Positions 8,088-16,661 of a stretch of 64,000 bases of DNA are shown one piece after another. Source of the DNA: an uncultured Lentimicrobiaceae bacterium. GTDB lineage: Bacteria > Bacteroidota > Bacteroidia > Bacteroidales > 4484-276. The notes beneath the pieces were generated by a model that had not been told where the DNA came from, ran no database searches, and was given only the letters and a program-made list of their open reading frames with translations. Numbering within the stretch: the stretch's first letter is position 1; the number at the start of each line of letters is the position of its first letter. The position numbers and the translations under genes are program-made. The stretch lies in assembly GCA_964593705.1 (NCBI GenBank), contig CAZQIV010000018.1, positions 586-64,585 of the forward strand, given 5' to 3'.

Positions 8088-8771
8088 ATGAATGTAATCG
8101 AAATAAAAAATCTTCATAAAACATACAACGAAACACAAGTTCCGGTAAAAGCCGTCAACGGCATCGATTTGCAAATAGAGGCCGGTGAATTTACAGCCAT
8201 CGTAGGCCCATCGGGTTGCGGCAAAACCACGTTAATGAATATGATTGGCGGCCTCGATCAACCCACAGAAGGCAGTGTTGCCATTGATGGCCAGCAAATT
8301 AAAAATCTTAAATCTACTCAGCTCATCGATTTTAGGTTGCACAATATCGGATTTGTGTTCCAGGCCTACAACTTGTTGCCGGTACTCACTGTTAAAGAAA
8401 ATATTGAATTCATTATGCAGTTGCAGGGGAAAAGCCGGAAAGAGTGTGAAACCCGTGTGGATGAAATGCTTAAAGCCATAGGACTTACTGATAAGAAAAA
8501 TCAAAGGCCCAATCAGCTTTCAGGCGGACAGCAGCAACGTGTTTCGGTGGCAAGGGCATTGGCCTCAAAGCCAAAATTCATTCTTGCAGATGAGCCTACA
8601 GCTAACCTGGATTCCAAATCAACTTCCGACTTGCTTGAATTAATGGAAACACTTAATCGTGAAGAAAACATGACTTTTATTTTTTCCACCCACGATGAAC
8701 GTGTAATGAGAAAGGCACGCCGCCTGATCACACTCGAAGATGGTAAAATAGTGAAAGATGTTAGGGTTTAA
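8088..8771 (+). CDS. ABC transporter ATP-binding protein (MacB/LolD-like)
   Basis: Walker A GPSGCGKTT, signature LSGGQQQRV, Walker B FILADEPT, and an H-loop. Confidence 0.95.
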   Translation: MNVIEIKNLHKTYNETQVPVKAVNGIDLQIEAGEFTAIVGPSGCGKTTLMNMIGGLDQPTEGSVAIDGQQIKNLKSTQLIDFRLHNIGFVFQAYNLLPVLTVKENIEFIMQLQGKSRKECETRVDEMLKAIGLTDKKNQRPNQLSGGQQQRVSVARALASKPKFILADEPTANLDSKSTSDLLELMETLNREENMTFIFSTHDERVMRKARRLITLEDGKIVKDVRV

Positions 8772-8786
8772 TCTGAATAATTCCAG

Positions 8787-9055
8787 CTTAGTGAAACTCA
8801 GTGATCTCGGTGTCTCAGTGTAAAAACAACCACTAAGGCACTCAGGGCACATAGAAACACTTAGAATTGAATCTTAGTGAAACTCAGTCTCAGTGTCTCA
8901 GTGCAAAAAACAACCACTAAGACACTCAGGGCACATAGAAACACTTAGAAATGAATCTTAGTGAAACTCAGTGATCTCAGTGTCTCAGTGGTTTTATTTC
9001 TTCAAAGTAACCACGCAGACATGGAGAACACGTAGATGCACTAAGGATAACTTAT
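8787..9055. repeat. about 85-bp tandem repeat (about 2.5 units) of CTTAGTG/CTCAGTG/CACTAAG words upstream of GxxExxY gene 1
   Basis: The unit CTTAGTGAAACTCAGTGATCTCRGTGTCTCAGTG plus AAAACAACCACTAAGRCACTCAGGGCACATAGAAACACTTAGAAWTGAAT occurs from 8787, 8874 and 8956. Confidence 0.8.
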
Positions 9056-9100
9056 TAAGAATATTCTTATAAACAAACAAACTAATTTTATTTTAAAATT

Positions 9101-9514
9101 ATGGTTATCACAAAAAAATACATCAATGATTTGGCCTATGAAATTGTAGGCTGTGCTATTGAAGTTCACAAGCAACTGGGTCCAGGTTTACTGGAATCTG
9201 TCTACGAAAAATGCATGATTGAGGAACTTCATAATAAAAATTTAAAGGTTGCCTCACAATTGTACGTGCCATTATTTTATAAAGGAAAGGAAATCAATCA
9301 ACAGCTCAAATTAGATTTGTTGGTTGAAGATTTAATTATTGTAGAGAATAAAGCTGTAGAAATAATGATTCCTCTGTACAAATCTCAACTGCTCACTTAT
9401 TTAAAACTTGCAGAAAAACCAAAAGGATTGTTGATTAATTTTAATTGTGAGAATATCACCAAACACTTAGTTCCATTGGTTACCGATGATTTTGCTAAAC
9501 TTCCGGAATCTTGA
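9101..9514 (+). CDS. GxxExxY family protein (PD-(D/E)XK-like)
   Basis: N-terminal IVGCAIEVHKQLGPGLLESVYEKCMIEEL carries the G-x-x-E-x-x-Y signature. The rest (LDLLVEDLIIVENKAV...QLLTYLKL...KGLLINF) matches the family core. Confidence 0.85.
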   Translation: MVITKKYINDLAYEIVGCAIEVHKQLGPGLLESVYEKCMIEELHNKNLKVASQLYVPLFYKGKEINQQLKLDLLVEDLIIVENKAVEIMIPLYKSQLLTYLKLAEKPKGLLINFNCENITKHLVPLVTDDFAKLPES

Positions 9515-9518
9515 TTTC

Positions 9519-9620
9519 ACCTTAGTGACCCTCAGTGGCCTTTGTGCCTCAGTGGTTTTATTTCTTCAAGGTAACCACTAAGACATGGAGAGCACTAAGA
9601 AACACTTAGGGATAATTTAA
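9519..9620. repeat. about 100-bp direct repeat of the last unit upstream of GxxExxY gene 1
   Basis: 9519-9620 (CTTAGTGACCCTCAGTGG...GGTTTTATTTCTTCAAGGTAACCACTAAGACATGGAGAGCACTAAG...) parallels 8955-9055 in the same orientation, at roughly 80 percent identity by eye. Confidence 0.75.
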
Positions 9621-9659
9621 ACGCCCCAATGTAGGTACTATTAAAATATCCTTTACAAC

Positions 9660-10838
9660 ATGAGAAAATTATTTTTTGTCATTATTATTTCAATTCTCCT
9701 GCCCTATTTAATTTATGGACAGGAAAAGGCAAAACCCGACTTTGGAAGCTTTTCATTGAAAGGCCACCTGCAATACCTCGAAAATGTTTGGATTCAGCCC
9801 AATTCCGAAAAGTGGGCAACCATGGGCTCATTGAACAACCGCCTGGATTTTGAATGGTACAAGGGCGGGTTTGAAGCAAATATTGGCTTGCGAAATATCA
9901 TCAATTACGGACAATTGGTTTACGACTATTACCCCTACCTCGCCGATCAGGCCAAACAGGACTTTGGATTTATAAACCTAAGCAAACAATGGGTCAACGA
10001 CTCATCCTATTATTTCAATTCAACAATCGATAGGGCAAACCTGAGTTTTACCCACAAAAATCTTGAGGTCATTGCAGGCCGCCAGCGCATCAACTGGGGC
10101 ACTAACCTGGTGTGGAATCCAAACGATATTTTCAACACCTTTAATTATTTTGATTTCGACTATGTTGAACGCCCGGGTTGCGATGCTTTGAAAGTTCAGT
10201 ATTACACAGGGATGGCTTCATCTGCACAATTGGCATGGAAAATAGATAAGGATAATAATCACACCATTGCAGGAATGTACAGGTTCAATAAATGGAACTA
10301 CGATTTTCAGTTCCTTGGCGGAGTTATGAGTAACGACATTGTTTTGGGTGCAGGATGGTCAGGGCAGATTAAAGGGGCAGGTTTCAATGGCGAAGCTACT
10401 TGGTTTATCCCAACTGAAGCACCAAAGGGTGGAAATGACAACAGTGTGGTTGTCGCCTCAGCGGGTGCTAACTATACCTTTTCAAACAGTCTTTACATCC
10501 ACGCAAGTGCAATATATAATAGTAACGGAACTACAGACAATGCCTATCCTGGGAATAGTATTATCATCGATCGGGATATCACCGTAAAAACGCTCACACC
10601 TTCAAAAGCGGAAATCTTTGCAGAGATAGCCTATCAAATTTCGCCTTTGGTGAGAGGAACAATTGCCGGCATCATGAATCCTTATGATGGTTCATCATTT
10701 GCAGGTCCATCCCTTGATATTTCCCTTACCGACAACATCGGAGTATTGCTTATCGGACAATTATTTTTTGGGGATGAAAAAACAGAATACGGCGAAATGG
10801 GACAATTGATTTATGGCCGCTTAAAATGGAGCTTTTAG
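9660..10838 (+). CDS. hypothetical outer-membrane beta-barrel (porin-like) protein
   Basis: Signal peptide, alternating beta-strand pattern rich in aromatic residues and Gly, and a C-terminal ...GRLKWSF ending in Phe as in OM barrels. No family was recognised. Confidence 0.5.
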   Translation: MRKLFFVIIISILLPYLIYGQEKAKPDFGSFSLKGHLQYLENVWIQPNSEKWATMGSLNNRLDFEWYKGGFEANIGLRNIINYGQLVYDYYPYLADQAKQDFGFINLSKQWVNDSSYYFNSTIDRANLSFTHKNLEVIAGRQRINWGTNLVWNPNDIFNTFNYFDFDYVERPGCDALKVQYYTGMASSAQLAWKIDKDNNHTIAGMYRFNKWNYDFQFLGGVMSNDIVLGAGWSGQIKGAGFNGEATWFIPTEAPKGGNDNSVVVASAGANYTFSNSLYIHASAIYNSNGTTDNAYPGNSIIIDRDITVKTLTPSKAEIFAEIAYQISPLVRGTIAGIMNPYDGSSFAGPSLDISLTDNIGVLLIGQLFFGDEKTEYGEMGQLIYGRLKWSF

Positions 10839-10935
10839 TAAGGTTAAAAAATCTTTACAACCACACGAATTGGTTTTTGGTAATTTCGGAACTATATTTG
10901 CAATATTAATAATCCATTTAAAACAGGAGGTCGAA

Positions 10936-11337
10936 ATGTTGCGCGTACTTTTTATATTGTTATTCAGCTTTTTCACAATAACAGGTTTTAGTCTTGTGAA
11001 ATCACCGGCACCCATCAGCCACCCAAATCCAGATACCTTAAATATAGCCAAAGGCGATAGTACCGAATACGAAATACTGATTATCGAAACAGGCTATGAA
11101 AGCTGGATAGTTACCAATGCCAAACCCAAGTGGTATCATACCAACGATTATTACCGGAATAAAAATCAGTTTTATGTTATCGACTGGAACAACCGCGTAC
11201 TCGAAACCATGCATACCCCACCTTTTGAAGAAACGATAGAATACAATCCAAACATCGATTACGGCATTGATGTAAACTATCAGTTATATTGGTATTTCAA
11301 ATTCATGGAGAGCAAGTATGGGATTAATTTACGGTGA
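10936..11337 (+). CDS. small secreted protein (DUF6146-like, assigned from memory)
   Basis: The start is moved to the ATG at 10936, which is preceded by AGGAGG. Signal peptide MLRVLFILLFSFFTITGFS. The motifs DSTEYEILIIETGYESW, NRVLE and IDYGIDVNYQLYWYFKF resemble that family. Confidence 0.5.
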   Translation: MLRVLFILLFSFFTITGFSLVKSPAPISHPNPDTLNIAKGDSTEYEILIIETGYESWIVTNAKPKWYHTNDYYRNKNQFYVIDWNNRVLETMHTPPFEETIEYNPNIDYGIDVNYQLYWYFKFMESKYGINLR

Positions 11338-11490
11338 TTTGGCAAGAAATGAGAGCGCATAAAACTCTTCGTTAAAGAGGGTGTCGTTTAAAATAATCCA
11401 CTAAATTCTTTGGCCGATAAGTGCTGTCATTTTTAAATCATTTAAAAACATCCAGAAATAAAAGAAAGCAAAACAGTATATTTCTCAAGA

Positions 11491-11834
11491 CTAATTAGGG
11501 CTTGCTGAAAAACTCAAAACCATATCATTAACTTTAATATTTCGGTGCGCTGCACCTCCCGTATCAAATCTAATAGATGCATCTACAAACCCGCTTCGCC
11601 GCGAGGCGAGGATTATCGCCCCGCCAGCTGGCGGGGCTTTTCTTTCAGGTGCAGAGCACCGGTAATCTTTGTAGAATTTTATCCGGTAATTGGGAGAAAG
11701 GTGCAGCGCACCGAAATATTTGATGCATGGTTTTTAAACAAACATTCTCCTAAACCTTGCACAAGGAATCAAATATTATGGATTAACTTATGATAATTCA
11801 ATGGATTAGGCCTTTTTCAGCAGCCCCTAATTAG
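11491..11834. repeat. nested inverted-repeat (REP/BIME- or MITE-like) element
   Basis: The outer inverted repeat is 11491-11512 paired with 11813-11834 (20/22). The inner one is a perfect 21-bp repeat, AATATTTCGGTGCGCTGCACC at 11536-11556 paired with 11700-11720. The interior contains the palindromes TAGATGCATCTA and GCCCCGCCAGCTGGCGGGGC, the latter followed by a T-tract. Confidence 0.7.
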
Positions 11835-11842
11835 ATCGTTGT

Positions 11843-13840
11843 TTAATTCCTGGTATAAAGGTTAAAAAAAGGAATATCCACAACAATATTAAATCCAAAC
11901 CTAAAATATAGATTCTTATCTAAATTAATATCTTTTGCAGTAACTCCTCTTAGTTGAGGACCCAACTGAGCGCCCAGCCCTATAGAGATTGGACATTTAC
12001 CAAAGCCATAATATAAATAGAGCCCCGGAGAAATGATATTTGAAAGTTTGACTTCCGATGCCACTTCACTACTGTCATTTCCCATTCGAAAACTAGCCAT
12101 TGAACCGACATCGATTAATGGCATAAATAGGGTAATACTTTTACCACCTTTTTTATTTTTAACATCACATGATTCGTGTTTTCCTAAATTCCCCCAACTT
12201 ACAGCAACACCCACGGGAGCTGTCAATCCAAATGTAAATGCCCAAGGATCAATTTTTAGCTTTGGTAAATACTCAATTCCTCCATAAGGACCTATGAATG
12301 CGTTTAAAGAAATATTGAAATCTGTCTCTCTCTTAATTGAAGAACTTCCAACAGGCAGCACGGCAGCTTCTATAGCTTCATTGACTTCATCAGAATTGTT
12401 TGCCTCCACAACATTAGCCATGAAGATTCCGTATTTAATAAAATTTCTTTTAAACGAATCATTATAGCTGTCACCTAATATTTCTGAAAGCATCATCGAT
12501 GTATGTAATACAAGCGCCCCATAGTTCTGCGATTTCAGATCATAACAAGCATTGGTCGCATCATCAATAACATTAGTGAATTTTAGTAACTCATTTGAAA
12601 TCCCTTTTAACGAAGGGTTTATACTGTTATTTACCGGAAAAAAGTTAACGGAAAGTTTAAGAAACCTGGCAATAGATGATGCGTAATCTGCATAAACAAG
12701 AATTGAAGGTTGTTGTCCTTGTTGTTTTGAGTTAATTATACTTTGTGCATTGTCTGCTATTACACTCATTGCAGTAACCATTGAGGAAAAGCTGTTTTTA
12801 AATTCCTGGGCTTCACCTGATTGCCATTTCGAGTTCAGATCAATTAAAAAGTCTTTTAAAAACAATGTGGATCCAACCAGCGAAAATTTAATATTATAAT
12901 TATCATTTTGATCACTTGCATAAATCAATCCTAAATAAATTCTAAACGTTATATCATCTTTTATTAAATCGTTAGCCTGTTGTTTTGTAATCCAAACCCT
13001 ACCTTCTTCATTACTTCTTAATGATTGTGAAATTAGATCAACAAATTTGATTAGATTGGTAAAAATTTCATCAGGATAATCAGTGCAGATTTTATCGCTG
13101 ACAAGATTGTTTATTATCTCTGCCGCATTATTGCCTTTATTAATGCCATCACTCACCATAATAGCACCCAAAACGGATCTTCCTTCCGGTGTGTTTAAGA
13201 GTTTGATGATTGAATCCGCCCTATTTTTGATATTCGTATTTGTGTTATAACCGTCATAATTAGATGTTTCACGCAAGTTAAGAAGATTAGTGCTAAATGC
13301 ATTTAAGTCCTTTTGGAATGCAACTTTTAATGCAGGAAGCATTGCAGCATACTGAAATGAATTGATTTCATTTAAGAACTTTGTAGTAGTTGGGAAAATA
13401 ACAGTCAGTTCTGGATAATCAATGAATAGTTCTTTGAATTTGCGGAAGAAAGCCACATTCAGTTCCTCTTTACTTCTTTCAACCAGAAATTTTGCCAGAC
13501 CATCTGCAAAGTTAGTTACATCAAGGCTTGCGATGGAGGATAATAATTCAGGAGACTTTGATCCTGAAACAGATGCTGACATAGTCCCATCGTTAGTAAT
13601 GTAGTATGGATTTAAAAATGGGTTTGCCATTAAGGCAGAATCAAGATCGTAATCGTTTAAACCCGGGAAATAATATTGCAAAACTTTGCTGGTCTGTATT
13701 TGAACAGTAAACTTACCTTGAGAGCCAGGATCATCAATAATTGATTTAAGAAATAATGCGTCATAATATTGTGACCGCTGTCCAAAAATTATGGAAACAA
13801 CTACAAGTAAAAATGATAATATTAATACTGATCTTTTCAT
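11843..13840 (-). CDS. hypothetical secreted protein, helical N-terminal region plus beta-rich barrel-like C-terminus
   Basis: Signal peptide MKRSVLILSFLLVVVSIIFGQ. The last roughly 170 aa show alternating hydrophobic strands and end in an aromatic-rich ...VVDIPFFNLYTRN. It is the third gene of a tight operon. No family was recognised. Confidence 0.6.
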   Translation of the reverse strand: MKRSVLILSFLLVVVSIIFGQRSQYYDALFLKSIIDDPGSQGKFTVQIQTSKVLQYYFPGLNDYDLDSALMANPFLNPYYITNDGTMSASVSGSKSPELLSSIASLDVTNFADGLAKFLVERSKEELNVAFFRKFKELFIDYPELTVIFPTTTKFLNEINSFQYAAMLPALKVAFQKDLNAFSTNLLNLRETSNYDGYNTNTNIKNRADSIIKLLNTPEGRSVLGAIMVSDGINKGNNAAEIINNLVSDKICTDYPDEIFTNLIKFVDLISQSLRSNEEGRVWITKQQANDLIKDDITFRIYLGLIYASDQNDNYNIKFSLVGSTLFLKDFLIDLNSKWQSGEAQEFKNSFSSMVTAMSVIADNAQSIINSKQQGQQPSILVYADYASSIARFLKLSVNFFPVNNSINPSLKGISNELLKFTNVIDDATNACYDLKSQNYGALVLHTSMMLSEILGDSYNDSFKRNFIKYGIFMANVVEANNSDEVNEAIEAAVLPVGSSSIKRETDFNISLNAFIGPYGGIEYLPKLKIDPWAFTFGLTAPVGVAVSWGNLGKHESCDVKNKKGGKSITLFMPLIDVGSMASFRMGNDSSEVASEVKLSNIISPGLYLYYGFGKCPISIGLGAQLGPQLRGVTAKDINLDKNLYFRFGFNIVVDIPFFNLYTRN

Positions 13841-13851
13841 GATAATTCGTT

Positions 13852-14922
13852 TTAAAGTTTAAAGTAATCGAGCAATAAATCTTTATTGATTTCGGGAAAA
13901 TTAATCCCTATATAATTTCGAAATTTTGATACTCCCATTATTATTTTCTTAATCTCATCAGGGTCGTACTTCCATTTTTTCTTTTCAATTATCAGTGCAA
14001 CAATTCCCGCAACTATAGCATTCGATTGACTTGTTCCAGACTTTTCGATTACTTGACCATTAACATCATAGGAAGGCATATTAATTCCATCAATGATAGC
14101 CGTTAGATTTTTATTCATATATGGGTATAATAAATCTTCTACCGGAATTGACCCTATTCCAATTGTGTTTTTAAGTGAAGCGGGATATAGTGAACTCGAA
14201 TCATTAAACTTAGAAGCATTACCTACTGAACAAATAAGTACTTTGCCTCTACTAAAAGCATAATTAACAGCCAATTGCAATTGCGATATAATATTTTTAT
14301 CTCTAATAATTGATCCATAACTTATGGAAATTACATGAATATGCTCTTGTTCTGCACACCAATTTATGGCCTCAGCATAACGGTTCAATTCAGATGTATT
14401 TAATCTATTTCTCTCGGAAATTTTACAAACAAACAGATTACAATCTGGTGCTACTCCAATTAATTTACCTTGCTTGTTTCTGGCTCCTATCAATCCTGCA
14501 CAATGTGTACCATGACCGTTAGTATCCTGTAATGAGATATTCTTATCAAAAACGTAATAACTCTTTTTGTTATAAGGCAATTGATCATTCAAAATATCAA
14601 TACCTGTGTCTATTACAGCTACTCCTACATCTTTACCAGTTGAAATTCCCCATATTTCCGGGAGGTTTAAATTTAACATCCAACCTGGATATGAATTTGA
14701 TAATTTGGCACTACTTTTTGAAAACTTTTCAACTCCCCCGCTCCAGTAATAATTATCAGCTTCATCTTTGAGCCAGTTACTATTACCAAGGTATTCATCA
14801 CCCGGATATAGTTCCTCATCTACCTCCAGCTCACTGCCCGGAGCAAGGTACTGGTAGCATGGTGCATTAACACTTGCGCTACCCACACGAACATTCAGGT
14901 ATTTCGTAACTATTACTTTCAT
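13852..14922 (-). CDS. S8 (subtilisin-like) serine peptidase with N-terminal SH3b-like domain, no signal peptide
   Basis: Catalytic motifs VAVIDTGID (Asp), NGHGTHCAGLIGA (His), SVGNAS (oxyanion Asn) and SGTSQSNAIVAG (Ser). The N-terminus YLNVRVGSASVNAP...PGSELEV is SH3_3-like. The start overlaps the upstream stop (TAATG). Confidence 0.85.
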   Translation of the reverse strand: MKVIVTKYLNVRVGSASVNAPCYQYLAPGSELEVDEELYPGDEYLGNSNWLKDEADNYYWSGGVEKFSKSSAKLSNSYPGWMLNLNLPEIWGISTGKDVGVAVIDTGIDILNDQLPYNKKSYYVFDKNISLQDTNGHGTHCAGLIGARNKQGKLIGVAPDCNLFVCKISERNRLNTSELNRYAEAINWCAEQEHIHVISISYGSIIRDKNIISQLQLAVNYAFSRGKVLICSVGNASKFNDSSSLYPASLKNTIGIGSIPVEDLLYPYMNKNLTAIIDGINMPSYDVNGQVIEKSGTSQSNAIVAGIVALIIEKKKWKYDPDEIKKIIMGVSKFRNYIGINFPEINKDLLLDYFKL

Positions 14923-16139
14923 TATCCTACACGATTTAGCGGTGATACACTATCACTTGATGTCAATTCTTTTTTTTTTGGGGTTTCTTCTGTTTGGGAT
15001 GTCTTCAATTTCATGATCTTGTTTAGCAAATCGAACCAGAAAGGTGCACCGAGGGAAATGGCTATGGCCGTGACGAGAAATCCGAAAAAGTGATTGTAAA
15101 AGAGCCTGAAAAAATAGGCAATCTTTTTCCAGATTGAAAAATCGATTGTCCCATTTGAGATTTTCTTATCCACGCACGACAAGGACTTTCTATCAATCGG
15201 CGGGGTGTATTTTTTTACCCTTTCAGTATTTGAGGTTTTTTCTGTGCGAACCTTGACCAAATTCGGGGGGAAACCGCCAATTCCGAGAATAGAATTGGCC
15301 CTTGTAATATCACCTTGCAATCGCTTTTTTATGATTAGCAATGAATCGAGTTTTTGAGTAAATTCATTTAGTTCGGCAGCATTTGTAATTTTTAATGTAT
15401 CAACGGCAATTTTATTATTCTCAACATAGGCATTGGCCATGCTTACCATTTTGTCCCTGGCATCTTTATCAACTGAAAGTGTTTTTACAATAACAAAGGT
15501 ATCGGCATAGAAAAACCAGGCCAGTAAAAAACCAAGAACAAAAGTAATGAGCCGAATTTTTCTCTTGTACCATTCGATGGTATGCTCCATGGTCCTGTCG
15601 AACCAAGCTTCCAAAAGCAATTTAAACTTCTCCATATCACCTTGGGAATCTTTCCATAAGCCCTGGATGAATTCGGCAGTTTCGGTATCTAATTTCGTTA
15701 CTACATCCGCTCCATCTTTACTTTTTCCCGTAATTGTGATATCCCCCGCATCTAACTTTGCCTTCATAGCCTCCGGTGTAACAGGTTCTTTATTGGCTAG
15801 AAGGTTTATGATGGTTTTCGCAAAACTACCTGCTTTAAAAGATGAGGGATGTTTAAACACCCCTGAACTACCAAGATACTTGATCTCCTGATTATTATAA
15901 AAGGCATTGACCACTTCATTATTCGGGCTTTTGGTAAGTTTCAGCGTGTCCCATAACCTTTTCCACCAATTTCCTGGCTCTTCATCATTCAGCATTCGGT
16001 CAATAGCTTCTTTTAGGTTTCGGGCCCTGAGGCTCAGCAAGGATGAAATTAATTCGGAGATAATGGTTACAAAAAGGCTGTATAATAGGTAAATAAATAC
16101 CAGCCCGATTACGACATCAAGAACAACGGAATTAAACAT
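14922..16139 (-). CDS. uncharacterised 3-TM membrane protein (C-terminal LGAPFWFDLLNK motif)
   Basis: Hydrophobic helices lie at the N-terminus, mid-protein (IRLITFVLGFLLAWFFYADTFVIV) and C-terminus (FFGFLVTAIAISLGAPFWFDLL). It is the first gene of the three-gene operon. Confidence 0.7.
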   Translation of the reverse strand: MFNSVVLDVVIGLVFIYLLYSLFVTIISELISSLLSLRARNLKEAIDRMLNDEEPGNWWKRLWDTLKLTKSPNNEVVNAFYNNQEIKYLGSSGVFKHPSSFKAGSFAKTIINLLANKEPVTPEAMKAKLDAGDITITGKSKDGADVVTKLDTETAEFIQGLWKDSQGDMEKFKLLLEAWFDRTMEHTIEWYKRKIRLITFVLGFLLAWFFYADTFVIVKTLSVDKDARDKMVSMANAYVENNKIAVDTLKITNAAELNEFTQKLDSLLIIKKRLQGDITRANSILGIGGFPPNLVKVRTEKTSNTERVKKYTPPIDRKSLSCVDKKISNGTIDFSIWKKIAYFFRLFYNHFFGFLVTAIAISLGAPFWFDLLNKIMKLKTSQTEETPKKKELTSSDSVSPLNRVG

Positions 16140-16223
16140 AGCTTTATATTTTTAAATGTTATTTTTATAAGAAAAAAAATTGATTTAATAACTATGTAAT
16201 CTTTGATGACAACTAATAGTTAT

Positions 16224-16231
16224 CAAAAGTA
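16224..16231 (-). promoter_or_regulatory. candidate Bacteroidota -7 box (TACTTTTG = TAnnTTTG)
   Basis: Exact match to TAnnTTTG on the minus strand, 85 nt upstream of the ATG at 16139. No clear -33 element was found. Confidence 0.3.
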
Positions 16232-16390
16232 CTTGCTTTCTTCATAATTAATTGAGATTGATTAATGTGGCGGCTAATATAAGAAAAAACAGCCAAAAGA
16301 AATGACATTTTGGATATTTTTTAATTCGTTATGAAGATGATGTTGAGGAAAAATCGTGGAATTATTATTCCATAGTAAATAGCCCCTGTA

Positions 16391-16496
16391 CATAAAGTCA
16401 GCTCATTTCTGATTTTGCCAGCGCAACCCCTAAGCCCCCCGCCTAGCCGGCGAGGCTGGCCTAAAGTGAAGCCCACTCGCTGCCAGTGCGTTGGCT
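16391..16496 (+). repeat. dispersed about 100-nt GC-rich repeat, copy 1
   Basis: The 84-nt core GATTTTGCCAGCGCAACCCCT...GCCTAGCCGGCGAGGCTGGCCTAAAG...CCAGTGCGTTGG recurs at 45232-45315 in the same orientation, with about 10 mismatches counted by hand. Confidence 0.8.
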
Positions 16497-16611
16497 GATC
16501 CTCCCATTCAGGGTATCCCGAAAAGCCCCGATGGCTATCAGGGTCGGGAAAGGGTATCGTGGCTTTTTAGACTGGCCTCGATAGTGATATCAAAAAGATC
16601 AATTCAGCAAG

Positions 16612-16643
16612 AATCCCCGAATGACATGGTGCATTCGGGGATT
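16612..16643 (-). terminator. 12-bp hairpin 19 nt downstream of the giant-gene stop
   Basis: AATCCCCGAATG (16612-16623) pairs with CATTCGGGGATT (16632-16643). It is flanked by an A-tract and a T-tract, so it may act in both directions. Confidence 0.5.
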
Positions 16644-16661
16644 TTTAATCTATTGCTAAAA

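Noticed and set aside
11545-11793. 82-aa ORF inside the nested inverted-repeat element (also 16491..16736 and 45119..45346 inside other repeats)
   Set aside because: These ORFs are Arg/Cys/Pro-rich translations of GC palindromes, are not conserved between repeat copies, and have no start context.
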